From the NCBI GenBank assembly GCA_037441675.1, contig JBBIRS010000001.1:96001-160000 (forward strand): a stretch of 64,000 nucleotides of DNA, given 5' to 3'. Shown here piece after piece: positions 9,080 through 17,941 of the stretch. A program made the position numbers and the translations under genes. The DNA is from Planctomycetales bacterium (GTDB lineage: Bacteria > 4484-113). Below the pieces are notes generated by a model, which saw only the letters and a list, made by a program, of their open reading frames with translations, did no database searches and was not told the DNA's origin. How positions within the stretch are numbered: the first letter of the stretch is position 1; each line of letters opens with the position of its first letter.

Positions 9080-10402
9080 ATGCGGACAGATAAAAAGAGA
9101 CTTCTCCTGCCAATTCCCTCATTTTTGTTCTCCCTCTTATTTTTTGGACCTTTAACTTTTCTGCCCTTTACCTCAAATCCTTATCATCCGTTCATTTGTT
9201 CTGTCTCGCTTATCGTTCTCAGCTTAGGAGTAATAGACCTCCTTCTTGCACTGTTTGAAGAGGTGCCTTTAATAAGCAGGAAATTACCTCCCCTTTGGGT
9301 CGTAGGCGTTAAAGGGAACTACGAAGTTTTACTCTTTAATCCTCTCAGGCGTCCTCTCCTAATTGAGTTTGCTGAAGACACCCTAGATTACATGAAGAAG
9401 CTCTATAGTGTAGGAAGAATAAAACTGCAATCGCAAGCGGAAGTAACGATCTCCGTTAATTTCATAGCTTTCGCTAGAGGGAATCTAGGGCTCGGCTCGA
9501 TCTATTTGAGATACCCTACAAGATTAAGTTTCTGGTATAAGAGCGTTAAACTTGAGAGTACCGATTCAATTAGGATATACCCCTATATTAGGGATTACAT
9601 AGTGTTTGATCCTTTCCAGCATCGTCGTCGGCAATTTCAGATTGGGCAGAAGAAAGTGCTGATACAGGGGGAAGGAGCTGACTTTGACAGATTGAGGTTG
9701 TATCAACCGGGAGATGACTACAAAAAGATTAACTGGAAGGCTACAGCAAGATTGTATCGTCCAGTGGTTTCAGTGTTCTCTGCTGAACAAAACAAGGAAA
9801 TAATGGTTTTACTGGACCGAGGCAGGCATATGCACGCAGATATTAGCGGAAGGACTAGATTTGATAGATTTTTAGATGCCGTCGTTCAGCTTGCTTACGC
9901 TGTCCAAATTGAGAATGATAGGTTAGGCTTCCTTTTATTTGATGATGATGTCAGGAAGTTTTTCCCACCAAGGAAGAATCGAAATATCCTCTCCGAATTA
10001 TACGACATTCAGCCAGTCCATATTGAGCCTGACTATATTAGAATGGTCAGGTTTTTGAACAAACACTTTAGGCGTAGGTCGCTCATCCTTCTTTTTACCG
10101 AAGTCGGAGATTCTCTGACTGGTGAACGTCTTATTCTTGCGTTAACGGAGCTCGTAAAGTATGGGCAAGTTACTCTAATACTTCTTGATAATCCGAAAGT
10201 TCTAAAGCTTTCTTCTACCCCTCCAGTAGATGAGGCTTCATTTTACACTCATACCGCCGCCCTCTCCAACCTAAAGAGTAAAAGGTTGCTCTGTGAACGT
10301 ATTAGAAGAATGGGAGTGGACGTTGTAAGGGCATATTCAGAGACCCTAAACCTTGAACTTGTGAATAAATACCTTGGATACAAAATTGCAAGATATGGTT
10401 AG
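9080..10402 (+). CDS. DUF58 domain membrane protein (MoxR-associated)
   Basis: N-terminal TM pair; GADFDRLRLYQPGDDYKKINWKATAR DUF58 core; vWA-like LLDRGRHM. Confidence 0.85.
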   Translation: MRTDKKRLLLPIPSFLFSLLFFGPLTFLPFTSNPYHPFICSVSLIVLSLGVIDLLLALFEEVPLISRKLPPLWVVGVKGNYEVLLFNPLRRPLLIEFAEDTLDYMKKLYSVGRIKLQSQAEVTISVNFIAFARGNLGLGSIYLRYPTRLSFWYKSVKLESTDSIRIYPYIRDYIVFDPFQHRRRQFQIGQKKVLIQGEGADFDRLRLYQPGDDYKKINWKATARLYRPVVSVFSAEQNKEIMVLLDRGRHMHADISGRTRFDRFLDAVVQLAYAVQIENDRLGFLLFDDDVRKFFPPRKNRNILSELYDIQPVHIEPDYIRMVRFLNKHFRRRSLILLFTEVGDSLTGERLILALTELVKYGQVTLILLDNPKVLKLSSTPPVDEASFYTHTAALSNLKSKRLLCERIRRMGVDVVRAYSETLNLELVNKYLGYKIARYG

Positions 10403-10770
10403 AATTCAGACTAGCCTAATATTAGTATAGTAAGATTTTTCTAATTACTTTAAGTCTAATCTTACCCGTGTAAATTATTTAGCCTAACTTCTAAAAATTC
10501 TAAATAGCCGAATTATGTGAAAAGATTGTTTGGTAGATATTTTTGCTTATTACAGCTGACTTATTCGCTTCTTATGTAGGCAATCTACATTAGACACACC
10601 AATTTCACCGCAAGGCGCAGTCTTTATTGCAAAGTAAAAGTTTGGTAGCTTTAATTTTAGGGTATAATCAAAGGTGGGTTAAGCGAAAAAACTTGTTGCT
10701 TGACTCAAGTTTCAAAATTGAAGGATAATTTTGGGTTGAACCGACAAGAAAGCCTTAATGGAGTTGAACT

Positions 10771-12537
10771 ATGACGTTCATGAGAAAACTAGTCTTACTG
10801 ATAGGGGGAGTTTTTTTTGTCTTTGTGTTGGCTAGTTGTGGAGGAGGCGATTCCACGACCACTACGCCCAGCGACGGTCAAGAGCCTGGCTCTAATCCAC
10901 ACCCTTGGGGTATTTACTCCGGGGTTTCGGTTGACTTTGTTGACCGTACATTCAGAGTTAGCGGTGGAGGGACAGATGATCCAAAGGACACTGATCCCAT
11001 CTTTCTACATCTAGCCTCCGCCACACAAAGTTTAGACATAGCAGTTCCCAAAATTGATAGACAAGAGGTCGTAGATGTTATTTTAAGCACTGCCGATAGG
11101 GTTCACGTACGAGTGTTAACCGAGAAAGCTTTTGCAGAGGATCCGCATTATCGTCCCTACCTGGAGCAACTCAGGTTACATCCTAACATTGAGGTTCGCA
11201 CAGACCAGGATGGTGAGCCGAGGATAATGCACGCTAGGTTTCTAATAATTGATGGGGCTAGGGTAGTTACCGGTAGTTACAATTGGAGCGAGGAGGCTAG
11301 CGAGAGGACTATCGGTGATTTACTGGTAATTAACGATTCAAGAATTGCATCAACATTTACAAACCAATTTAACCAGATGTTTGTAGAAGGCAAGTTTGGC
11401 ACCGCGAAGCGCGATGCAACCCCGCATAGCTTTCCAGTATTCGGTAATTTAGGAGTGATTGACGTTTACTTTGGTCCAACTAACAAGTTTGATCAAATCC
11501 TTCAAGGCGAAATAGAGCAATCAAGACATGTCGCTAGTGTGGTTGAGCAGTTCTCTAACTTTGGTTTTGCCAACTTTCTGGTTCAGTGGCTAGGCGGAAC
11601 AATTGGGCTTGGAGACCCCTCCACAAGGTCAATGGTGCTCATTATTGATGATATTGGCCAGTATGGTGATACAGATGAAAATCTCGTTTACGAATCGCTT
11701 TTAGGATTATTATCTGAAAGTGAAGATGTTGGAAGTGGAGGAATCCCGGCTACTTTAACCATTAATTCTGCCCCAGATTTAAATTGGGCGAGCATAGGAG
11801 TTCATACAAGTGAAAAATTATTATTTGCAGACCATGCGTTTGGAACCGGAATCCCAGCAGTAGTAGTAAGTACTGCGAACTGGACTGAACAAGGCTTCTC
11901 TCTCAATGACGAGGTAATGGTCATTCTAAGGGGGTCTATTCTCGCGACAAAGTACCATTTTATCACGACATTTCAAGTTCCCCACTTTGGGAGGGACTTT
12001 ATTACAAATGACGTCAGAGAGATAGAACAACTAAGCTTGATGTATCCATTCGTGACGAATGGGACCGATACAATGGTGCCCCGTGATCCCGCTCTTAGCG
12101 ATATTTCTACTGGAGTAATTCACGGAACAGTTGATAACTTCCGTCGTGAGTATTCTTATCAAGATAGCGATGGTAATATGATTACCCAGCTTCTAGATAT
12201 AATGTGGGAAATTGAAGGCGAATATTACTTTGGCGGTCCTATTAATGGATACATAAATCCCACATTTGACGAAAACGAAGCTACCAATCCTGGGAAAAAC
12301 TATGTGCTGGTAATTCCTGCAGGCAAAATGACGGTTAGGGCGGTCGTTGTAGACGCCGATGGTAATGCCATTGAGGGTTTTGTGCCTAATGAAAAGATTG
12401 TAGAGGTAAGTCCAGGTGGAGTCGTCAATGTGAAATTTAGTATTACCGCACCGACGATAACTCCGGGCACTGGAGGCACAACCGGCGGTGGCCCCGGAGG
12501 CGGTGGCGGTGGTGGGGGCGGTGGAGGGCTATCTTAG
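10771..12537 (+). CDS. Lipoprotein with two phospholipase D (Nuc-like) domains carrying degenerate HKD motifs and a C-terminal Gly tail
   Basis: Lipobox LASC; motif 1 MHARFLIID..TGSYNWS; motif 2 HTSEKLLFAD..STANWT; NDSRIASTFTNQFNQMF helix typical of PLD. Confidence 0.75.
   Translation: MTFMRKLVLLIGGVFFVFVLASCGGGDSTTTTPSDGQEPGSNPHPWGIYSGVSVDFVDRTFRVSGGGTDDPKDTDPIFLHLASATQSLDIAVPKIDRQEVVDVILSTADRVHVRVLTEKAFAEDPHYRPYLEQLRLHPNIEVRTDQDGEPRIMHARFLIIDGARVVTGSYNWSEEASERTIGDLLVINDSRIASTFTNQFNQMFVEGKFGTAKRDATPHSFPVFGNLGVIDVYFGPTNKFDQILQGEIEQSRHVASVVEQFSNFGFANFLVQWLGGTIGLGDPSTRSMVLIIDDIGQYGDTDENLVYESLLGLLSESEDVGSGGIPATLTINSAPDLNWASIGVHTSEKLLFADHAFGTGIPAVVVSTANWTEQGFSLNDEVMVILRGSILATKYHFITTFQVPHFGRDFITNDVREIEQLSLMYPFVTNGTDTMVPRDPALSDISTGVIHGTVDNFRREYSYQDSDGNMITQLLDIMWEIEGEYYFGGPINGYINPTFDENEATNPGKNYVLVIPAGKMTVRAVVVDADGNAIEGFVPNEKIVEVSPGGVVNVKFSITAPTITPGTGGTTGGGPGGGGGGGGGGGLS
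12496..12528 (+). repeat. (GGN)11 poly-glycine tract at the C-terminus of the PLD-like lipoprotein
   Basis: gga ggc ggt ggc ggt ggt ggg ggc ggt gga ggg. Confidence 0.85.
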
Positions 12538-12607
12538 CTTTCCTTCCGCAAATACTTTTGTATGCTCTTTAGTTTGCTTGCAATTTAGGTGATAATTGGG
12601 AGCAATT

Positions 12608-14578
12608 ATGAGTGAGAAACTGAAATTAATTAGAATTACGCTGGCTCTTTTTCTTGCGATTTTCTTGATTGTAAGCTGTGGAGGAGGTGACGGGGATCAG
12701 CGGCAAAATGGCTTTGGTCCTCCACCCCCTGGTGGTCTAGAAGGTGGTGATTCCGAGGAAGAAACCCCATTTACTCTTGGTAATTTCACGCTTCCAGGAG
12801 GCACTCCTTTTGGGGATATTCGTGGAATTGCTGCAAGTTCTCGGTACGTTTATGTTGCTGAAACAAATGCGATACATGCCTTTGATCTGCTCGGTAATTA
12901 CGTTAACACTGCCTCAGCAGCTAACATTACTGGTATGGTAGTGATTCCACCAGATCCGAAGCCCCAGGATGGCGATACTACCCATTATCCCTATCCAGAG
13001 TTTCCCGTTATCGTTTACGAACCTACCGAGAATAGTTTCATTTCTATTTTTGCTCCCAACTTGGACGACTTAGTCACTGTGGAGCATCAAGATTATCCAG
13101 ACCTGGTTAAGCGGATTGATTTACCGTTTATAGAAGATTACGTTAGATACAGAGTTCAGCCTACTAGCCCTGTACCGGATCCACCCGATCCTTGCCCCCT
13201 CCTAATTGTTCGAACCTACGATGTTGATATAACTAGGGAAGGAACTATTGTAGTACTTACCGATACCGACCTCCCCTGCACAACTCCTTTCCCCGATTTC
13301 CCAATGACAATGTACTTTTTTGATCCCCATGAGGGTTATCTAATTTCTCCGCGGCGAACTGGAACAGTAGGGGTTCCAGATGAGAACGGAAACCCTCAAC
13401 CGGTTCAAGCTCCTTTCCGTTTTGCTGGAACTTTTGGAGACCAAACCGGAAGCCTCGGACAGCTTGCTATAGCTAACAAATATCCTCCTAATAGAACAGA
13501 TAGTCAGACACTATATCTAGGTGGCGATGTTAGAGCCATTCCAGATATTCGTTTAATGCTTGGCATCTCGGAGTGGAATATTGAAGTTGATTTTGTAGGT
13601 GTCAATTTTCTCCAAGTAGATACAACTTTTCCGCCCTATATTTATGAAATTGGTGGAATTGTTAACAATCGTTACGGGTATAACCGTGTAATTGGGCTTC
13701 CGGGCGGTTCACTACCTGGGAGTTTTGCTCTAACCCCACCGATCGGCCCAGGTGGTGACTTGGAAGACCCAGATTTAACAGCGGGTGGTCCATCCGGAAT
13801 GGCAATTAATCCCAGGACCGACGACTTATATGTTTGTGATCCGGGCAATAGAAGGGTTCAGGTTTTTGATAAAAACTTAAATTTTGTTCGCCAGATTGGT
13901 GATGGAATAAGGGGCACTTCAGGAAATCATCTCGTTGCTCCTAGCGAAGTGCATATTACCCTGGATGGCAAAATTTTTATTGGAGATACACTTGGGGATG
14001 GAAGCGGAATTGGTTGGCTAAGGATATTTGGTGAAACCGCTCCGCCCGAGTTTGGTTCCGTAGGTGGAACTGTTATGAACCCCACGACGGTTCCTCCTTC
14101 TCCTATAGTTGAAGCAACTGTTACCATCCTTAACGCCAACGGCGTGGTTGCCATTCAAAACACTAACGTAAATGGTGAATATCGTTTTGACAATCTCCCG
14201 CTTGGAACATACTTCCTAACCGCGGATAAGTTCGGTTATAGTACAGATTCAACCTCAGTTGATCTCGTTGCAGACCAGCACGTAATTGTCAACTTTAACT
14301 TATACCCAGGTGTTCCTCCCACGCTTGGTTTCTACGTTGGTGCTGTTTATGATGAAGTGACAAATCAGGCTATCGCTGGTGTAAGGGTTAGGATAATTGG
14401 TACTTCCATTCAGACTTATACAGACGGATCTGGAACATTCTTCATTTCCGACTTACCTGCAGGTGATTACCAGGTAGAGTTTACCCATGAGGATTACATC
14501 ACGAAGACCCTTGACTTGCACATAACCGCTGGTCAAACCACGAGGCACGATGCGGTTAAATTGATACCTCTGCCATAA
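12608..14578 (+). CDS. Lipoprotein with NHL-repeat beta-propeller and two carboxypeptidase-regulatory-like (prealbumin-fold) C-terminal domains
   Basis: Lipobox IVSC; NHL repeats PSGMAINPRTDDLYVCDPGNRRVQVFD and PSEVHITLDGKIFIGD; TNVNGEYRFDNLPLGTY and TDGSGTFFISDLPAGDY. Confidence 0.78.
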   Translation: MSEKLKLIRITLALFLAIFLIVSCGGGDGDQRQNGFGPPPPGGLEGGDSEEETPFTLGNFTLPGGTPFGDIRGIAASSRYVYVAETNAIHAFDLLGNYVNTASAANITGMVVIPPDPKPQDGDTTHYPYPEFPVIVYEPTENSFISIFAPNLDDLVTVEHQDYPDLVKRIDLPFIEDYVRYRVQPTSPVPDPPDPCPLLIVRTYDVDITREGTIVVLTDTDLPCTTPFPDFPMTMYFFDPHEGYLISPRRTGTVGVPDENGNPQPVQAPFRFAGTFGDQTGSLGQLAIANKYPPNRTDSQTLYLGGDVRAIPDIRLMLGISEWNIEVDFVGVNFLQVDTTFPPYIYEIGGIVNNRYGYNRVIGLPGGSLPGSFALTPPIGPGGDLEDPDLTAGGPSGMAINPRTDDLYVCDPGNRRVQVFDKNLNFVRQIGDGIRGTSGNHLVAPSEVHITLDGKIFIGDTLGDGSGIGWLRIFGETAPPEFGSVGGTVMNPTTVPPSPIVEATVTILNANGVVAIQNTNVNGEYRFDNLPLGTYFLTADKFGYSTDSTSVDLVADQHVIVNFNLYPGVPPTLGFYVGAVYDEVTNQAIAGVRVRIIGTSIQTYTDGSGTFFISDLPAGDYQVEFTHEDYITKTLDLHITAGQTTRHDAVKLIPLP

Positions 14579-14750
14579 TCCTTACTTGCTGTTTAGCCTT
14601 TTCTAAGGGTTTCCAGAGGGTTGCCTTGCTCTCATTCAAGCTAAAGCTTTGGATCAAACACGCTTACTTAGGCAACGATTGAAAGGATGTCTTCAACCAA
14701 TTACCATATATTCTCCCAAACCGTTGGAGTGGAGGGAGGGATAGGCAAAA

Positions 14751-15632
14751 ATGGATCTTTCAGTCATTATCCCCAACTATAACGGAGAGAAACTCCTAAT
14801 ACCATTGATAAGCCGACTTGAAGAGTTACTCGCCAAATCAGGCTTAAACTACGAAATAATCCTTGCTGATGATTGTTCTAATGATGAAAGTGTTACTTTA
14901 GTAAAGAGTACTTTTCCGTGGGTGAGAGTTGAGGCTGGTGGGGAGAGGAAAGGTTTTGGAGGCAACTGCAACAGAGGCGCAAAAGCAAGTAATGGTAATT
15001 ATCTTGCTTTTGTAAACACTGATATTGAATTTGAAGGGGATATCTTCAACCAACTTATAAAGTCTCTATCAGATTCAAGGGTATTTGCAGTGATGCCTCT
15101 GATATTTGCTGAAAGATTAGGACGCGTGGAAAATTACACGTTCCTTTGGAAGCATCGCGGACTTGTCTGGTTAAAGCCAAGGGGAGAAATTGAGCTAACA
15201 TCTGCGGAAGAAGTTGCTAAGAAACTAGAGCCCAATCCGATTGGTGGTGTTCCACTCTGCGGTGCATTTTTTATCTGTAAAAAGGATATTTTCAACACCC
15301 TTGGTGGATTTGACGAAATTTTTTCTCCAGCTTATTGGGAAGATGTGGACTTAGGGTTCAGAGCGGAAGAACTTGGCTATGACATACTGCTTGTCCCAGG
15401 AGTAAAAGTTCTGCATAAGCACTCTATAACTATAGATATATCTTTCGGGGGATCCCTAAAGAAAAGGCTTCTGCTCAGGAATCAGGCACTATTTATAAAG
15501 AAGCATCTTAATCGGCTAGCGCCAATTCCCAATTTCCGCATTTGGCTTTCTCTAAGGATTTTCCAGCGTCTCTTTCAAGGCTATCAAGAGCTTATCCCAA
15601 TTTATCTCTCCATAATCCTTTCGAGGCAGTAG
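14751..15632 (+). CDS. Glycosyltransferase family 2 (WbbL/rhamnosyltransferase-like)
   Basis: LSVIIPNYN, ADDCSND, GFGGNCN, FVNTD, GGFDEIFSPAYWEDVDL. Confidence 0.9.
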   Translation: MDLSVIIPNYNGEKLLIPLISRLEELLAKSGLNYEIILADDCSNDESVTLVKSTFPWVRVEAGGERKGFGGNCNRGAKASNGNYLAFVNTDIEFEGDIFNQLIKSLSDSRVFAVMPLIFAERLGRVENYTFLWKHRGLVWLKPRGEIELTSAEEVAKKLEPNPIGGVPLCGAFFICKKDIFNTLGGFDEIFSPAYWEDVDLGFRAEELGYDILLVPGVKVLHKHSITIDISFGGSLKKRLLLRNQALFIKKHLNRLAPIPNFRIWLSLRIFQRLFQGYQELIPIYLSIILSRQ

Positions 15633-15704
15633 TTAGCTCACTAGTATAAGGCAAAAGAATATGTTAAAATTTTCACAGGTTAATAAACTTACGAGGTGAT
15701 AATA

Positions 15705-16883
15705 ATGACTGATGTCGTTATCTTGGATGGCACAAGGACTCCGATAGGAAAGTACGGGGGAACGCTCAAAGATGTTCCAGCGGTAGATTTGGGCGCCCAT
15801 TGCATTCGGACGATTATTGAGAGAAACAAAATAGATCCAACAAGCGTGGATGACGTTATAATGGGGATTGTTGTTAATGCGGGGGTTGGGCAGATACCTT
15901 CAAGGCAGTCTGCAATCCGGGCTGGTTTGCCGGAGACTGTTCCTTCGCTTACAGTCCACAAGGTTTGCGCTTCTGGTATGCGAGCAATAACTCTAGCAGA
16001 CACAATGATTCGTGCTGGTCAGGCAAAGCTTATTGTCGCAGGCGGAATGGAATCAATGAGTCAGGTCCCCTACGCTTCTTTTGGAACTAGATGGGGTAAA
16101 AGAATGGGAGACGAAAAGCTTGTAGATTTGATGATTCACGACGGGCTTTGGTGTGCCTTTGACAATGTTCATATGGGTAATGATGGTGACCGTATCGCGA
16201 AGGAATTTAATCTATCACGTGAGGAGCAGGATGAGTACGCCTGTCGGAGCCAGAATCTAGCAGAAGCAGCTATAAAAGAAGGAAGACTCGCTGAGGAAAT
16301 CACCCCATACCCAGTTCCTCAAGCTAAGGGTGAGCCTATACTTTTCTCTCAAGACGAATTTCCTCGCTTTGGAACAACCGTAGAAGCGTTAAGTAAGTTA
16401 AAGCCCGCCTTCTCCCCCGATGGCACTATCACCGCAGGAAACGCTCCAGGAGTGAACGATGGCGCTGCCGCCGTTATCGTTACTACTCGTGAAATGGCTG
16501 AGGCTCTTGGGATAAAGCCACTTGCAAGAATCGTAGATTACGCTTGGGTCGCTATGAAACCTTACCAATTCCCGATTGCACCAGCTTACTCCACTCTTAA
16601 GCTCTTAGAAAAAACAGGGAAGAAGCTTGAAGACATCCACCTCTTTGAATTTAACGAAGCATTTGCCGCAGTTGTTCTTGCCTGTGGAAAAATTTTGAAT
16701 TGGGACTTAAACAAAGTTAACGTGAATGGTGGTGCGATAGCACTGGGACACCCAATAGGGATGAGCGGCACGCGTATAACACTAACACTGGCGTATGAGC
16801 TTAGAAGAAGAGGCGGTGGTCTCGGTATTGCTTCTATTTGTTCTGGTTCGGGACAGGGAGATTCTATTCTGCTTGAAGTATAG
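15705..16883 (+). CDS. Acetyl-CoA C-acetyltransferase (thiolase)
   Basis: RTPIG, catalytic KVCASGM, AGGMESMS, NEAFAA, VNVNGGAIALGHPIG, C-terminal SICSGSGQG; GAGGTG SD; extended -10 at 15662-15670. Confidence 0.95.
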   Translation: MTDVVILDGTRTPIGKYGGTLKDVPAVDLGAHCIRTIIERNKIDPTSVDDVIMGIVVNAGVGQIPSRQSAIRAGLPETVPSLTVHKVCASGMRAITLADTMIRAGQAKLIVAGGMESMSQVPYASFGTRWGKRMGDEKLVDLMIHDGLWCAFDNVHMGNDGDRIAKEFNLSREEQDEYACRSQNLAEAAIKEGRLAEEITPYPVPQAKGEPILFSQDEFPRFGTTVEALSKLKPAFSPDGTITAGNAPGVNDGAAAVIVTTREMAEALGIKPLARIVDYAWVAMKPYQFPIAPAYSTLKLLEKTGKKLEDIHLFEFNEAFAAVVLACGKILNWDLNKVNVNGGAIALGHPIGMSGTRITLTLAYELRRRGGGLGIASICSGSGQGDSILLEV

Positions 16884-16916
16884 GCATAACGAGCTAAAGT
16901 TTATAAAACTCTTAGC

Positions 16917-17900
16917 TCAAAGGTTGTTAACCAAGAATCTATACCAATTTTCGCCCATTATTCCCCTGATTGTTTCAGGTTTTACCCCCTCTCTAGCAAG
17001 TTCATCAGCTAGCAAGGATAGATCGGAAACGCTGTTCATCCCCGCTGGGGTATCACTAGCTGAAATTCCACCGTCAAAGTCTGATCCAATTCCTAATCCC
17101 TCATCTCCTACTATCTCCAATATATGAAGAGCATGTCTAACCGTTTCCTTGATTGGCACTTGTGGGTCTTCTTCTTTCCAATCGGGTTTAAGAAATCCAT
17201 TGTATAGAAGAAGTCCAATGACACCACCCCTTTGTGCTAGTGCCTCAATTTGCTGGTCTTTAAGATTCCTTGGATGGGGACAGAGGGAATAGCTGTTGCT
17301 ATGGGTTGCGACTACGGGACCGCTCCAAACATCCATTACTTGCCAAAAACTTTTTTCGTTCAGGTGAGAGATATCAAGAATGAAACCGAGATTGTGCATT
17401 TCCCTTAAAAAGGATACCCCCTCCTCCGTAAGCCCTTCATCTGTCCTAGCACCTCCTGCCCACTGATTTGCTTCATTCCAGGTAAGGCTCAATACCCGAA
17501 CGTTTCTTTCATGTAATTGAGCCAATTCCGCAGGGCTATCTATTAAATCTGCTCCTTCCAACATCAAACAGAAGCCCCATACCTTTTCACCATTAAGAAA
17601 ATCAAGTCTCAGTCTCATAAGATCTTCATGGGCAAGGATCTCACGCACCTGATTGAAACTAGACACTATATCCCTATACAGTGCGAACTGTTCAGATAGT
17701 ATCTCCTTTCTCCTTCGCCGATCTAAGTCATGTTCAACAAATAATGACGCTATGGAAGCCATTACCCCTCCCCTTAAAAGTCCCTCAAGAGTAATCATGG
17801 CGTCTCCAGGGTTTTCCGCTTCAGAAAAAGTTCTCTTATGTGTCAAAATGTGCCACGCTAGATCCTCGTGTGCGTCAACTATGTACAACCTTTCACTCAT
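16917..17900 (-). CDS. Membrane (renal-type) dipeptidase, peptidase family M19
   Basis: VDAHED, LEGAD, SLTWN, DISHL, ATHSN..HPRNLKD, GIGSDFDG. Confidence 0.9.
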   Translation of the reverse strand: MSERLYIVDAHEDLAWHILTHKRTFSEAENPGDAMITLEGLLRGGVMASIASLFVEHDLDRRRRKEILSEQFALYRDIVSSFNQVREILAHEDLMRLRLDFLNGEKVWGFCLMLEGADLIDSPAELAQLHERNVRVLSLTWNEANQWAGGARTDEGLTEEGVSFLREMHNLGFILDISHLNEKSFWQVMDVWSGPVVATHSNSYSLCPHPRNLKDQQIEALAQRGGVIGLLLYNGFLKPDWKEEDPQVPIKETVRHALHILEIVGDEGLGIGSDFDGGISASDTPAGMNSVSDLSLLADELAREGVKPETIRGIMGENWYRFLVNNL

Positions 17901-17941
17901 GTCTTTATTCCCTCCACAGAAGAACTCTAGTTAGAGAAAGC

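Noticed and set aside
10403..10770. Known riboswitch, SRP RNA, 6S RNA or tmRNA in the long intergenic region
   Set aside because: No conserved signature was recognisable by eye; it is reported only as a candidate novel structure.
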